A DNA stretch of 63,840 nt, counting the filler, from Octopus bimaculoides (taxonomy: Eukaryota): NCBI RefSeq assembly GCF_001194135.2. It is 6 parts of 5 records of this genome, joined end to end, with 100 filler letters (N's around TTAATTAATTAA, not from the genome) between each part and the next. Parts side by side here need not be neighbours in the genome. Positions count along the whole stretch, not along the records: positions 33,418 to 56,436 come from NC_069005.1; positions 56,537 to 59,025 come from NW_026362669.1; positions 59,126 to 63,840 come from NC_068984.1; 3 more parts are not named here. The stretch is one strand, 5' to 3'. Both the position numbers and the translations under genes were made by a program. Each line of letters starts with the position of its first letter. The stretch's first letter is position 1. This document shows positions 52,471 through 63,104 of this stretch, piece after piece. Under the pieces are notes generated by a model, which had not been told where the DNA came from, did no database searches, and saw nothing but the letters and a program-made list of their open reading frames with translations.

Positions 52471-52510
<40 letters not shown>

Positions 52511-52645
52511 CTGTTTTTGTTGCTGTTGTTGTAACTTCTGCTCCTGCTGTTGCTGGTGTCGTTTGTTGTTGCTTTTTTTGTGTTGTTGCTGCTGTTGTAA
52601 TTGCTGCTGCTGCTGCAGCTCCTGTTGTTGTTTTTGTTGTTGATG
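52330..52645. repeat. (GTT)n/(GCT)n compound microsatellite
   Basis: Read directly; source of the poly-C/V/T ORFs. Confidence 0.95.
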
Positions 52646-54019
52646 CTGCGGTTCGGTTGAGATATAAACGGTGGAGCATCGTCGGACAGTACACCTAAAA
52701 CTATCTACTTACATATGTTCGCTAGATCCAGTAGGTGGGTTATTGAACCTTTGTCGCATTTTACTATTGTTTATGCGGTGCATAAGCTACTCTAAATTAG
52801 CAGTGTTAGCGTAGGATACCTTCACGGTGTGCCGATTAAAAATAACATGATATTGATTAGATTCAGTAAAACATTTGTCCAAAGCAGCAAACAATTTTTC
52901 AGTTTTCTCGGTTGAAACATGTGAACCGAAAACCGGGTTCAACCAGAGGACATCCTGATTCCTGTATTTATTGTTGGGCTTATTTGATCGAGTATGTTGT
53001 ACAGGATTGGAACAATTTACAGTGTTACAAACAGTTGAATTATTATGTTGCGTGAGTCTATGAGTTTTCTTTGGTAGTCATTACATACGTTTATGAATTT
53101 GTGCCGTAAGATTCCTGATGTGGAACCCTGTGTTGAAACAGATATTGCTGTATTTCGGGATGGTCATACATTTTTTTTTTTTGCCAAATAAATACACGCA
53201 CTACATATTCATTCTTCACTCGTTTATTAATTTTCTTATTTTAATTCATGTCCATTGTCCGGAAATCTTTCGTCACACCTCTTCAACGACACTTTCCGTA
53301 CTCGCCTAAATCAAAATGGTGACTTTTTTAAAATTTAATATTACTTGTTTTTTGACCAATGGTCGGATACTTTTTGATCACGTAACTTTAGTCGGGAGGC
53401 TTAAACCCTTTTTTTTTTAAAAGAAAAAACTTCATCAGCAGTGTAGAGTGATTTCAAAATTTAATTTGGCCAGAAGCAGGTCTATCGCCTGACTTTGGTG
53501 TCCGGGGGAGCTTCAGAATATTCTGGATGAGCACAGATTTGTAATAAAGCCAAAGTGGAGTTTCGTAATAAGTGTATTACTGTAAATCTGAGGGTGCCGC
53601 ACCATTGAATATTGAGGGGGAAGTACCATGCCAGTGCATCCCTTCCTTAACGATGGGCATGACTATGTTGGTGAGTTCGTATTCTATAATTGGTGCTTCC
53701 AGAAGCAAAGTGGCTGAGTTCATATATTGTATTGTAAGTTGATAGATCAAAAGTTCAAACTCGCTACGAATAATTCGCTTGTTTCGGGGTGAACGTCATA
53801 GCTAGGGTGGAGTTCTGTTCTACGCTTCATCGTTTATTGTTTGATTATTTCTCAGTTGAGGAGGGGTGGAAATAGAGCTATCTAGATTTTGTTTATGAAA
53901 TAATAGTATCCTGTCTAGAAGAGAGATTAATCGTTTCATAAGTATGTGTGTGTGTGTATGTGTGTGTGTGTGTGTGTTTGTGTATGTGTGTGTATGTATG
54001 TATGAGTGTGTGTGTTTTT

Positions 54020-54089
<70 letters not shown>

Positions 54090-54287
54090 ATGTATTTCTG
54101 AAATACATGTGTGCGTACATGTGTGTAGAGAGAGAGGTGGAGTTATATAAAATCGTGAGCCAAATAAATGCGGGTTTATGCGTGCGTATATAGCATATTA
54201 ACATAAATACTATGTGCGTATATGTGTATACCCTCACAAGACATACACACAGATACGCTATATATATATATATATATTTATACATAC

Positions 54288-54320
<33 letters not shown>

Positions 54321-54477
54321 CATATATATACACATATATATATATACATATATATATACACATATATATATATATATTTATATATATTTATTTATATATA
54401 TATTTATATATACATATATGTACGTAACACACGCATACATGCATATATGTATGTGTATGTATGCATATATATATATG

Positions 54478-54519
<42 letters not shown>

Positions 54520-54839
54520 GAGAAAGAGAGTAACAGATTGAAGTATCGGGAGATAGGGAAAGAGAGAGAGAGGGGGGCGGGGGAAGGACACTGATTGCTT
54601 AATCAGATGAAGGCCATATGTTAAGAGACAACAATACATGATACAATTAGCATCCAATTAGCTGATTGGGCTGTTTATTATAAAGAGAAAAACTGGTTTG
54701 CTTTTGCTGAAGAGTCACAGGTCAGCAACATCACTTATTCTAAACAGAAAAGGTCAAGTATATCGACAGTTTGTGATAAACAAACAAAGTGGGGCGAGAA
54801 CCACAGTAAATTTGTGTGGTTCTGGTTGGTGAAATGTTA

Positions 54840-55103
54840 TATTGGGTTGGTGCATAATTATTGCGGTTTTTTTTTTTTTCAACAGATTTTATTCAGCAAA
54901 AACAATAACAATATTGTACAAAAACATCTTTCAATGATTATTCCGGAGCATATTCACCATCTACTTCAATTACTGCTTCCCATTTGCTTGGCAGACGATC
55001 AGACTGTAATTAAAAAATTTTTTGTTAAATATTGTTAGTGTTTTTGTTGAATAAAATTTGTTGAAAAAAAGAAAAGTTGCAATAATTATGCACCAACCCA
55101 ATA
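54840..55103. mobile_element. Mariner-derived MITE, copy 1
   Basis: TIRs TATTGGGTTGGTGCATAATTATTGC / GCAATAATTATGCACCAACCCAATA with pairing extending further inward. The minus strand retains the transposase end DRLPSKWEAVIEVDGEYAPE*. Confidence 0.92.
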
Positions 55104-55218
55104 TAACTGTAGATGTGTGTGCTTGTGTGTATGTTATATGACTATTTATAAATATTTATATGTTATACACCTGTATTTATAGATATGTGTGTGTGCATGT
55201 GTATGTTATATATATATA

Positions 55219-55451
55219 TATTGCGGCTTTTATTTCAACAAATGTTATTCAACAAAAGCAATAACATGTAACAAAAACATCTTTCAATAATTATTTCGGA
55301 GCATATTCACCATCTCCTTCAATTATTGTTTCCCATTTGCTTGGCAGACGATCAGCCCGTCATTTAAAGATGTTTTTGTTAAATATTGTTATTGTTTTTG
55401 CTGAATAAAATTTGTTGAAAAAAGCCGCAATAATTATGCACCAACCCAATA
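55219..55451. mobile_element. Mariner-derived MITE, copy 2 (left TIR truncated)
   Basis: Same orientation and internal sequence as 54840-55103. Confidence 0.9.
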
Positions 55452-55459
55452 CAGATAAG

Positions 55460-55975
55460 TCAAACAGTGGAATATGCTTTATGTCGGAAGGAGGAAGAAT
55501 AAGTTAAACGTTTCGGATGCTTGTTCTTTTTCGTAGAGATTAGTGGACGAAGGATAAAATAGAGTGGAATGTGGTGTGAGTAGTGTGGAAGATGTACGAT
55601 GTGGGAGGGAATCAAATGTCGAAAGAAATAATGAATCTTGTATCTAGATTCAGGTAAATTGAAATAGTAATAACCAGATAGGTGATGTAGGATATAACGA
55701 GACTGTTGAGTAACGAGCTGAGGTGGTAAATGACGAAGAGACATATTTATGATAAACACATTGGGAAGGGTTGACAGAAGCTGCCAGATTCATGAAGATA
55801 CATTGAACAATTGGTAAGATATAAGGAACGGGAATGATGAAAGAATTGGTCAGAACTGAGGTAGAAAAGTAGAAATCTTTGACGAGAGATAAAGAGACGG
55901 AAGATGATTGAAGTTATAAAAATGAAACAGTAAGCGGGTGCACTATTTACAAGACCAGTAACTACATACATACAT
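55460..55975 (-). pseudogene. Decayed PLE GIY-YIG relic with a degenerate hammerhead-like 3' end
   Basis: LYLTNCSMYLHESG resembles IYC..C..CSMLYIGETG; the minus-strand 3' end has 'ctctacgaaaaagaacaagcatccgaaacgtttaac' (core decayed). Confidence 0.45.
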
Positions 55976-56011
55976 TTGAATAGCTACAGACCAACTAATT
56001 TCAAGTCCTCA

Positions 56012-56078
56012 AGTTATGTTGTACTGACGAGGCCAGAATAAGGGTGAAATGATGCTATCTACAACTACAGGAATAACT
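56012..56078 (+). ncRNA. Type I hammerhead ribozyme candidate
   Basis: GUUGUA-CUGACGA-G-GCC-AGAAUAAG-GGU-GAA-AUG-AUGC-UAU-C^UACAAC. Stem I is 6 perfect bp (56018-23/56060-65), with a further AGUUAU/AUAACU helix. Predicted cut after 56059. Confidence 0.65.
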
Positions 56079-56286
56079 CATAAACGGATTTTGTGGAAAT
56101 ATCGAAATATTATATGCTCTTTTACTCGTAGAAATATGACCTCCCAAGATGAAAAGAAAAACAGAAAGGTAAAATAGAAACCTTTAAGTGGTTCTCTCTC
56201 TTTAAGAAGAATATTCACCCTGTCATCTCATAGTAATCGCTCACTCTCTCTCTCTTTCTTTCTCTCTTTCTCTCTCTCTCCTTCTC

Positions 56287-56336
<50 letters not shown>

Positions 56337-57864
56337 TCTCTTTATTCTATAAGCAACTATAAGCAGCAACACCTGCACTTCCCAGTCAGATGACAACAAA
56401 TAAACGAAAAGTCTACAGTATATTTGACGTTGGCAGNNNNNNNNNNNNNNNNNNNNNNNNNNNNNNNNNNNNNNNNNNNNTTAATTAATTAANNNNNNNN
56501 NNNNNNNNNNNNNNNNNNNNNNNNNNNNNNNNNNNNATATGGTGTGTTATGTGAATTTATGGTAAGATATTCCATAGAACTCGACAAATTTGTTAAAAAT
56601 GGAGAAGAGAAGATGTCGAAATTTGAAAGAATTTTAATACATGCATATGATCGTTTCAAACAGTGATGGTAAAACATGTAAATTCATGGTAGAAAAATTA
56701 AATTAACTTGATTAAATTAAATTAATTACATATCACTGTTCTTCTCAGTACAAGAAGTATAAAGAAAACAATTACTATTACAGAGGAGTTGATGAAGGAA
56801 ATAGCAGAGAACAATTTCGGTTATATATATATTTATCCTTATGAAAATTGAGAGCATCATAATAAAAATGTGAGTTTTGCTGTGTATAAACTAAAACTAA
56901 GGCAACGAACGGTTATTTGAAAATATAAGTGAAAAATGCTTTTAGAGACGTTTCCTCTATAGAAGAGTAAGTAGATAAGTAATTAAAACTCCAAATAAGT
57001 CATTTATGAGAGGACGTTTTATAGTAATGTCAGGTAGAAAAGCATAGTTATGTTTGAATTAGGATATGACTTGACATTTATAAACAATATTAGGTATGGT
57101 GTGTATTTAAAAAGATTATGCGAGAGAATGAAATTAAACCAGTGAGTGTAGTATATAGGAGGCTGCTAGAATGCAACGGAAACAAGAGTTAGGGGTAAAA
57201 ATGCATAAAGAGCTACATAAAATGGAATTTTGTTAGTGTAAAAATATGCGTTTTTGTATATTGAATATAAGGTAAAAAAAAAAATAAAAATAGAAAATTA
57301 GTTGTTAATACTACAGAATTAAGATGGTAAATAATTGATTTGTCTATAAATATTTTTAAAATCGTTGAAAGGTTTAACTAGATGTAATAAAACTTAAAAT
57401 AACAATATAGGAGAGATAATATAACTAGGAGACAAATAGGAAAATTTTTAAATTACAAATATCGATATGTAATAGGTTGATTATGTTTATATGTAAATAA
57501 AAATGTGAGTTAAGAAGGTAGCTTGGCATTAAGTGAGAGGGAAGAATATAGTAATATTATGTAAGTAATAAATTTTCAATAGAAGGTTATTGTGCATTAT
57601 GAATATTACAGAAAATTTATTTTATGGAGCTGTGGGTGCACATAAGTATACAGAATATACAAAATAATTCATATATAATATAATATTAAAAAATCTTACA
57701 AGGGGAAAGAATTTTTTAGTGTATACTAGTACGTTAGTAGAGGACATATCTGCGAAATAGTATACATGAATTTAGGTAGTCTAGCTGTATTTTCAAGTTG
57801 TTTTATTTGAGGGTGTACACGAAAAAAAGAACGCCGTACAAAAATAAATAAATATACTCATACC

Positions 57865-57907
<43 letters not shown>

Positions 57908-58206
57908 NNNNNNNNNNNNNNNNNNNNNNNNNNNNNNNNNNNNNNNNNNNNNNNNNNNNNNNNNNNNNNNNNNNNNNNNNNNNNNNNNNNNNNNNNNNNN
58001 NNNNNNNNNNNNNNNNNNNNNNNNNNNNNNNNNNNNNNNNNNNNNNNNNNNNNNNNNNNNNNNNNNNNNNNNNNNNNNNNNNNNNNNNNNNNNNNNNNNN
58101 NNNNNNNNNNNNNNNNNNNNNNNNNNNNNNNNNNNNNNNNNNNNNNNNNNNNNNNNNNNNNNNNNNNNNNNNNNNNNNNNNNNNNNNNNNNNNNNNNNNN
58201 NNNNNN

Positions 58207-58243
<37 letters not shown>

Positions 58244-58261
58244 TATGTGACACTTATTCGG

Positions 58262-58335
58262 TAGCCATGATAAAACTCTGAGTTTCGGATGCCGGGGTGG
58301 AAACCAACGCGGCCACCTCTTCAGTTATCCGGCCA
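58262..58335 (-). ncRNA. Type I hammerhead ribozyme candidate with canonical core
   Basis: Minus strand: UGGCCGGAUAA-CUGAAGA-GGUGGCCGCGUUGG-UUU-CCACCCCGGCAUCC-GAA-ACUCAGAGU-U^UUAUC-A-UGGCUA. Stem I has 11 bp with one bulge, G10.1-C11.1 is intact, stem II has 14 positions with 4 mismatches, and stem III is a quasi-palindrome. Confidence 0.72.
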
Positions 58336-59125
58336 TTGAAAATTTCTGTGAAAAATGACCGTTAAAGAAAGGGAAATTACTGTGTGGTTGACCGTTATTA
58401 AGACAAAAGAGCTATAGACCCCTAAGTAAGGGGAGGGAGTAAAAGTAAGGGAGTAAAAAAGTCTTTAGTGTTCGCGTAAGCGCACCAAGCCTATATGTAT
58501 ATACTAAACCACCCTCGCTTGTAACACACACGCACTCAACATATACATACATACATACATACTTACAAGCAAATGCATGCACGACACTGATATGCTTACA
58601 GAAAAGAAAAAAAACATTGAGAGACATATTTATACTCTTATATACACGTACATATACACAGACACGATTTAAGGGAAATTTTTACAAGGTAGGGCTATAC
58701 GAGTGTGCTGATGTACGAAAAGAGAGTGTGTATGTGTATGTGCATGTATATGCCTGTGGGGGTATATACATAACTATATGTATCTGTCTGTCTGACTGCC
58801 TGTCTGTCTGACTGCCTGTCTGTCTGACTGTCTAGCTGTCTGTCAAGCTGTCTAGCTGTCTAGCTGTCTGTCTGCTCTGCTCTGTCTGTTTGTCTGTCTG
58901 TCTGCTCTGTCTATCTACTTCTCGCTCTCTCTATCTATCTATCAATCTATCTACATCTATCTATCGATAAATATTAGGGATTAGCATTGAGTTGCTTCTC
59001 CAACATACTGAACATTTAGAAATAGNNNNNNNNNNNNNNNNNNNNNNNNNNNNNNNNNNNNNNNNNNNNTTAATTAATTAANNNNNNNNNNNNNNNNNNN
59101 NNNNNNNNNNNNNNNNNNNNNNNNN

Positions 59126-59183
<58 letters not shown>

Positions 59184-59628
59184 GAGTAACAGAGCAGTGC
59201 ATGCTATTAAAGTGACACTGGGATACAGATATACGAAGCCTAATATACCCATCATGACTACCAGGTGCATGCGTCACAATCATATGTGCGCGACAAGGTT
59301 ATCTCATATCAAGATGAACAGCACATGACCTCGCAGGTGGGGGCCCAGTTAGAATTTTCTTCAAGTCGAGTAGCCCATCTCGCTGAAAAGGTCCCTGGTT
59401 AAGGTTTGTGTAGGGATGACGAACGAAACACATATGTTTCTAGGAGTGAATCATTCAAACCCCAAAGAATTCCTCTCAACACATGGCTATGATGCTCCCC
59501 CACTACTTCTGCTCATGATCAGAAATGCGTATTTCGTCAGCCACTAAGGGACATGCTCAACTGGTTATGGTAAAAACAACTGACAAGCGAATCTGTGGTA
59601 TTGAGCAGAACATTTGTGGTAGCCCATC
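59126..59628 (-). mobile_element. Unclassified retroposon 3' segment ending in an (AAT)n tail
   Basis: The minus strand ends 'gtgtcactttaatagcatgcactgctctgttactc' plus (AAT)n (59126-59183); no ORF. Identified only by the tail and my recall of similar octopus repeats. Confidence 0.5.
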
Positions 59629-59830
59629 TGCTAGAATCGTTAGCACGCTGGGTAAAATGCTTAGCGGCATTTCGTCCATGTTTACGCTCTGAGTTCAAAT
59701 TCCCCCGAGGTCGACTTTGCCTTTCATCCTTTCGGGATCGATGAAATAAGTACCAGTTGAGTACTGGGGGTCGTTGTACTCGGCTATCCCCAACCCCCAA
59801 TTTCAGGCCTTGTGCCTATAGCAGAAAGAT
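59629..59830 (+). mobile_element. SINE family A
   Basis: 'gaatcgttagcacgctgggtaaaatgcttagcggcatttcg...gagttcaaattcccccgaggtcgactttgcctttcatcctttcggg...ggccttgtgcctatagcagaaag' plus an (ATT)-rich tail. Confidence 0.9.
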
Positions 59831-59854
59831 TATCATTATTATCATAATCATTAT

Positions 59855-61070
59855 TCTTTTTACCACAGGTTTTGTTGGAACTTCCGGAGTTTTGCATGGA
59901 TTGCGGGCTTACTGCCTGCAGCCTAAGTTACCAGGCTATCTGTTCTTTTCAACTAATACTTTCCTGATTATTCTGGCCGTGCCAAGGAGACAAACCTTTT
60001 GTAACAGTTCGACTGGACACTATTTCGATTTCCTTTATATTCCCCTTGGACCCAACAATAATTGGCACTATCTTCACCTTCTTCATTTTCCATAGCCGGG
60101 CTAAGAGGATTGTATGTGTCTATTTTTTCGCCTTCCTTCTTGACTATTTGTTGGTCAAAGGGCAACATCAACTATATAGCACATGTGGTGCATCTTATCC
60201 ACTAGCTCCGGTCTGTTATGCTCTAACATCCGATCTGTTTGAATAGAAAAATCCCAGATTTTGCAGGTCTTCGACTCCGCCTCTCTCTGCGGTTTGTGTT
60301 CATACCACGTCTTGCCTCTCTCTAACACCCACTTTTTGCAGTTTCCAATGTAGCACTTTCGTTACCTGATTGTGTCGCCATGACTTGTAGTGGTTTTGGG
60401 CGAATCTAGAACACTCGTTCATGATATGGTCAATGGTTTTGTCCACTCTATTACAGATGCGGCACAGCGGAGACACTTGCTCATTCCTAAGGTTGACCCT
60501 CCAATTCGTGGTCAAAGCGTGGTCTTGCGTTGCCAGTATAATGCTCTTAGTCTCTTCAGCCAATCCCACCTATTTTTTCTAGCAACTTCGGTTGTGGCTA
60601 CATGGAATTGGTTGTGCAGTCCCTTCTTGTGTAAAACTTCTTCATGTCCTTTTTGTACTTTTTTATCCTTTTTCTCAGCTTTCAATACTTCCTTATCCCT
60701 AACTGACACTAACAAACTTTCCTTACTTTGGGATAGGAATCAAATATTCCCAGGCCCTTATAACTGCATTCAGGTTCGATTGCCTTCATCATTCCACCTC
60801 CTGGCATACAGATGCCTTCTGCCCTGACCAGCTTTCCTCGTCTCATCACCATCGTAGCATATTTTGTGAGTCCTGACTTCATCTTAATATAATTCGAGAA
60901 CATCTGCACAGACTGGACTAAGATGTTTAGTTCTGCCTCATTTTTTGTGAACAATTTCAAGTCGTTCACGAATAGCAAATACTTCAGTTTTCCCTTACCG
61001 CTTTCCAGACCATACCCCAATTTTGTCTTCTTTAGTATTTCACTCAAGGGGGTCATCCCCAGCACAAAGA
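59855..61070 (-). mobile_element. R4/Dong-type (restriction-like endonuclease) LINE, copy A: RT to ORF end and 3' UTR
   Basis: YLLFVNDLKLFTKNE (LLFMDDLKL motif), CCHC knuckle CRICNRVDKTIDHIMNEC, KIWDFSIQTDRMLEHNRPEL (RPD motif), DVA.FDQQIVKKEGEKIDTY and terminal LQKVCLLGTARIIRKVL; many frameshifts. Confidence 0.9.
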
Positions 61071-61470
61071 ACATATTTCTCAAACTTTGTTGTTAGTGCT
61101 TCTTGTACCCCGGCAACTACTTCGATGACAATTACTTTCTTCATTACTCACAATCGTGCAATTTCATCTTTTAATGTTTTTTTTTGTACTTCTCAAACTT
61201 TTCTAGTTCTTTGTCATCCGCTCGTACATCTCCAGGTAGGCAATGTCTATGATCTTGGTTTCATTCATTATTTTGTCAACAACAACAATGCCTGGTGTCC
61301 AAGCATCGGTCACTGAATCACATTGGATTATAAAATCCCTCAAGATCTTATACTCTTTATTCTCGTTGATTCCTTCTGGTTTATGCTCGTACCATTTCAA
61401 TGTTCTTTCAATAACAGAATGGTACTTTTACCAATTAATAGCCACCTTCGCTACCATTCTGTTATTGAAC
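61071..61470 (-). mobile_element. R4/Dong-type LINE, copy B: endonuclease region only
   Basis: KWYEHKPEGINENKEYKILRDFIIQCDSV....PGIVVVDK...TKIIDIA and KVIVIEVV...ALTTKFEKY; clearly divergent from copy A. Confidence 0.88.
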
Positions 61471-61697
61471 GTTGATATATTCGCGCCTTTTTCTTGGGAT
61501 GTCTGCTACATAAGGACTTCAGCCCACATGGATATACGCACCTAATGATTCATGCTTTGACTTCTTCGGAAAGCTGAACTATGAACTTTTATGCTTCTTT
61601 TTTCTTCTCTCTTTCCATCCCCTTACCCTTTTACTCCCTTCCTCTATGTTGTCATCTTATTGATATATACCATTCTCATTTTCCATATTTTTTCCTC

Positions 61698-61763
61698 CAA
61701 CTTGTCTCTGATGACGGGATATCCCATACTCGTGGATATCCCAGAAACAGCTGTAAGACATTG
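61698..61763 (+). ncRNA. Minimal type I hammerhead ribozyme candidate (dimer type)
   Basis: UGUCU-CUGAUGA-C-GGGAUAUCC-CAUACUCGU-GGAUAUCCC-A-GAA-ACAGCUGU-A^AGACA. Stem I is 5 bp plus CAA/UUG, stem II 9 perfect bp, stem III the perfect palindrome ACAGCUGU. Predicted cut after 61755. Confidence 0.78.
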
Positions 61764-61879
61764 AATTTCTTCCTGTAATTACATTGTGTATGTGTTGTTC
61801 GTCTTGCGTTAATGTTTGATGTCCTGTTTAACAATTATATCTATCTACATATATATACCAAATTAAATACACAACCGAA

Positions 61880-61968
61880 AGAGCTACTAATAGTTTCATG
61901 CTATTATGATACTTAAAGAGGCATATTATAAAATACGCTATGTATCTTACAGCGATCTTCCAGGCTCT
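61880..61968 (-). ncRNA. Degenerate hammerhead motif with a 1-nt core insertion
   Basis: Minus strand: AGAGC-CUGGAAGA-UC-GCUG...UAGC-AU-GAA-ACUAUUAGU-A^GCUCU. Stem I is 5 perfect bp and stem III a quasi-palindrome; the core has an extra G. Confidence 0.55.
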
Positions 61969-61983
61969 GTCTATGCGTTATAT

Positions 61984-62025
<42 letters not shown>

Positions 62026-62044
62026 TTGCATGTACATTTTATCT

Positions 62045-62281
62045 TTTGCTTGTTTTAGTGATCAGACCGCTGCCATACTGGAGCACCGTCCTGAGGTGTT
62101 TAGTTGAGCAGATTGACCTCAGTACTTACGTTTATGTTAAGCCTGGTACATATTCTATCGATCTCTTTTGCGAAACCACTACGTTACGAGGACGTAGACA
62201 AGCCTACACCGGATGTCACGCCGTAGTGGAGGACAAAAGCATACACAAAGAAATACACACACACACACCCACACACCCACG

Positions 62282-62312
<31 letters not shown>

Positions 62313-62460
62313 GATGGGCTTCTTTCAGTTTCCGTCGACCAAATCCACTTATAAGGCTTTGGTCAACCCGAGGATTATAATAGAAGATATCTATCTCAGA
62401 GTGGGGTTGAACCCAGAATCATGTGGCTCTAAAGCAAATTTCTAACCGGGCAGCCAAGCG
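62045..62460 (-). mobile_element. Older compound SINE family C (head, core, (CA)n, B tail)
   Basis: Same colinear modules as 48080-48404 plus the head region, more diverged. Confidence 0.85.
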
Positions 62461-62660
62461 TGCGATACACATGTTGTTTTCGCATTAAGAATTTAGAAAC
62501 TTCGAGAGAACGTGAAATATTTATGTGAGTATGTATACATACTAACACACACATACACACACACATATATGTAAATATGTGTGTTATATCACAGAACTGT
62601 TTGGTGCAATTATGCAATCAAGTGTAAATGTATATATCTGATAGGCTGAGTGTGCGTGAA

Positions 62661-62694
<34 letters not shown>

Positions 62695-62699
62695 CTGAT

Positions 62700-62820
62700 C
62701 AAGAGGCGTGTTAAGAGGCCCGCTACAGCTTAATCCACGTCACCGTAGCAACGCACGTGCCCGGCACGAGACGTTATCACCTGCCGACGTCACACGAGAC
62801 TGTTTCGGCAACCGATGAAA
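62700..62820. promoter_or_regulatory. CpG-rich island with X-box-like, E-box and CRE-like motifs
   Basis: GTCACCGTAGCAAC (62739-62752), CACGTG (62754-62759), GACGTCA (62786-62792) and GTTTCGGCAAC (62802-62812); about 14 CpGs in 120 bp. Motif match only. Confidence 0.4.
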
Positions 62821-63073
62821 CTACCACTCTCTACTACCCCCAGTACCATCCTCTAGTGTTACCACCAGCACCGCCGCTGCCACCACCACTCGTTACAACC
62901 GCTCATACAGTCCAAACATGGCACCACCACCACCACCACCATAGACATACAACTGCCTCAACAACCGGACACCATCATCTGCCTCGCTTTTGTTGTAACG
63001 GTTCGTTCGTTGGTTCGATGTGGCCGTTTTATTGTTGTTGTCTGCTGTTGTTGTTGTTGTGGTTGCAGTTGCA

Positions 63074-63104
<31 letters not shown>

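Noticed and set aside
53270-53390. Possible mariner TIR 'gtcggatactttttgatcacgta'
   Set aside because: No matching partner TIR or transposase remnant could be identified.
56540-57800. Purine-rich, AT-rich stretch possibly from an old PLE or other TE
   Set aside because: No convincing peptide motif in any frame; a GAAACGUC string near 56945 (minus strand) lacks a CUGANGA core.
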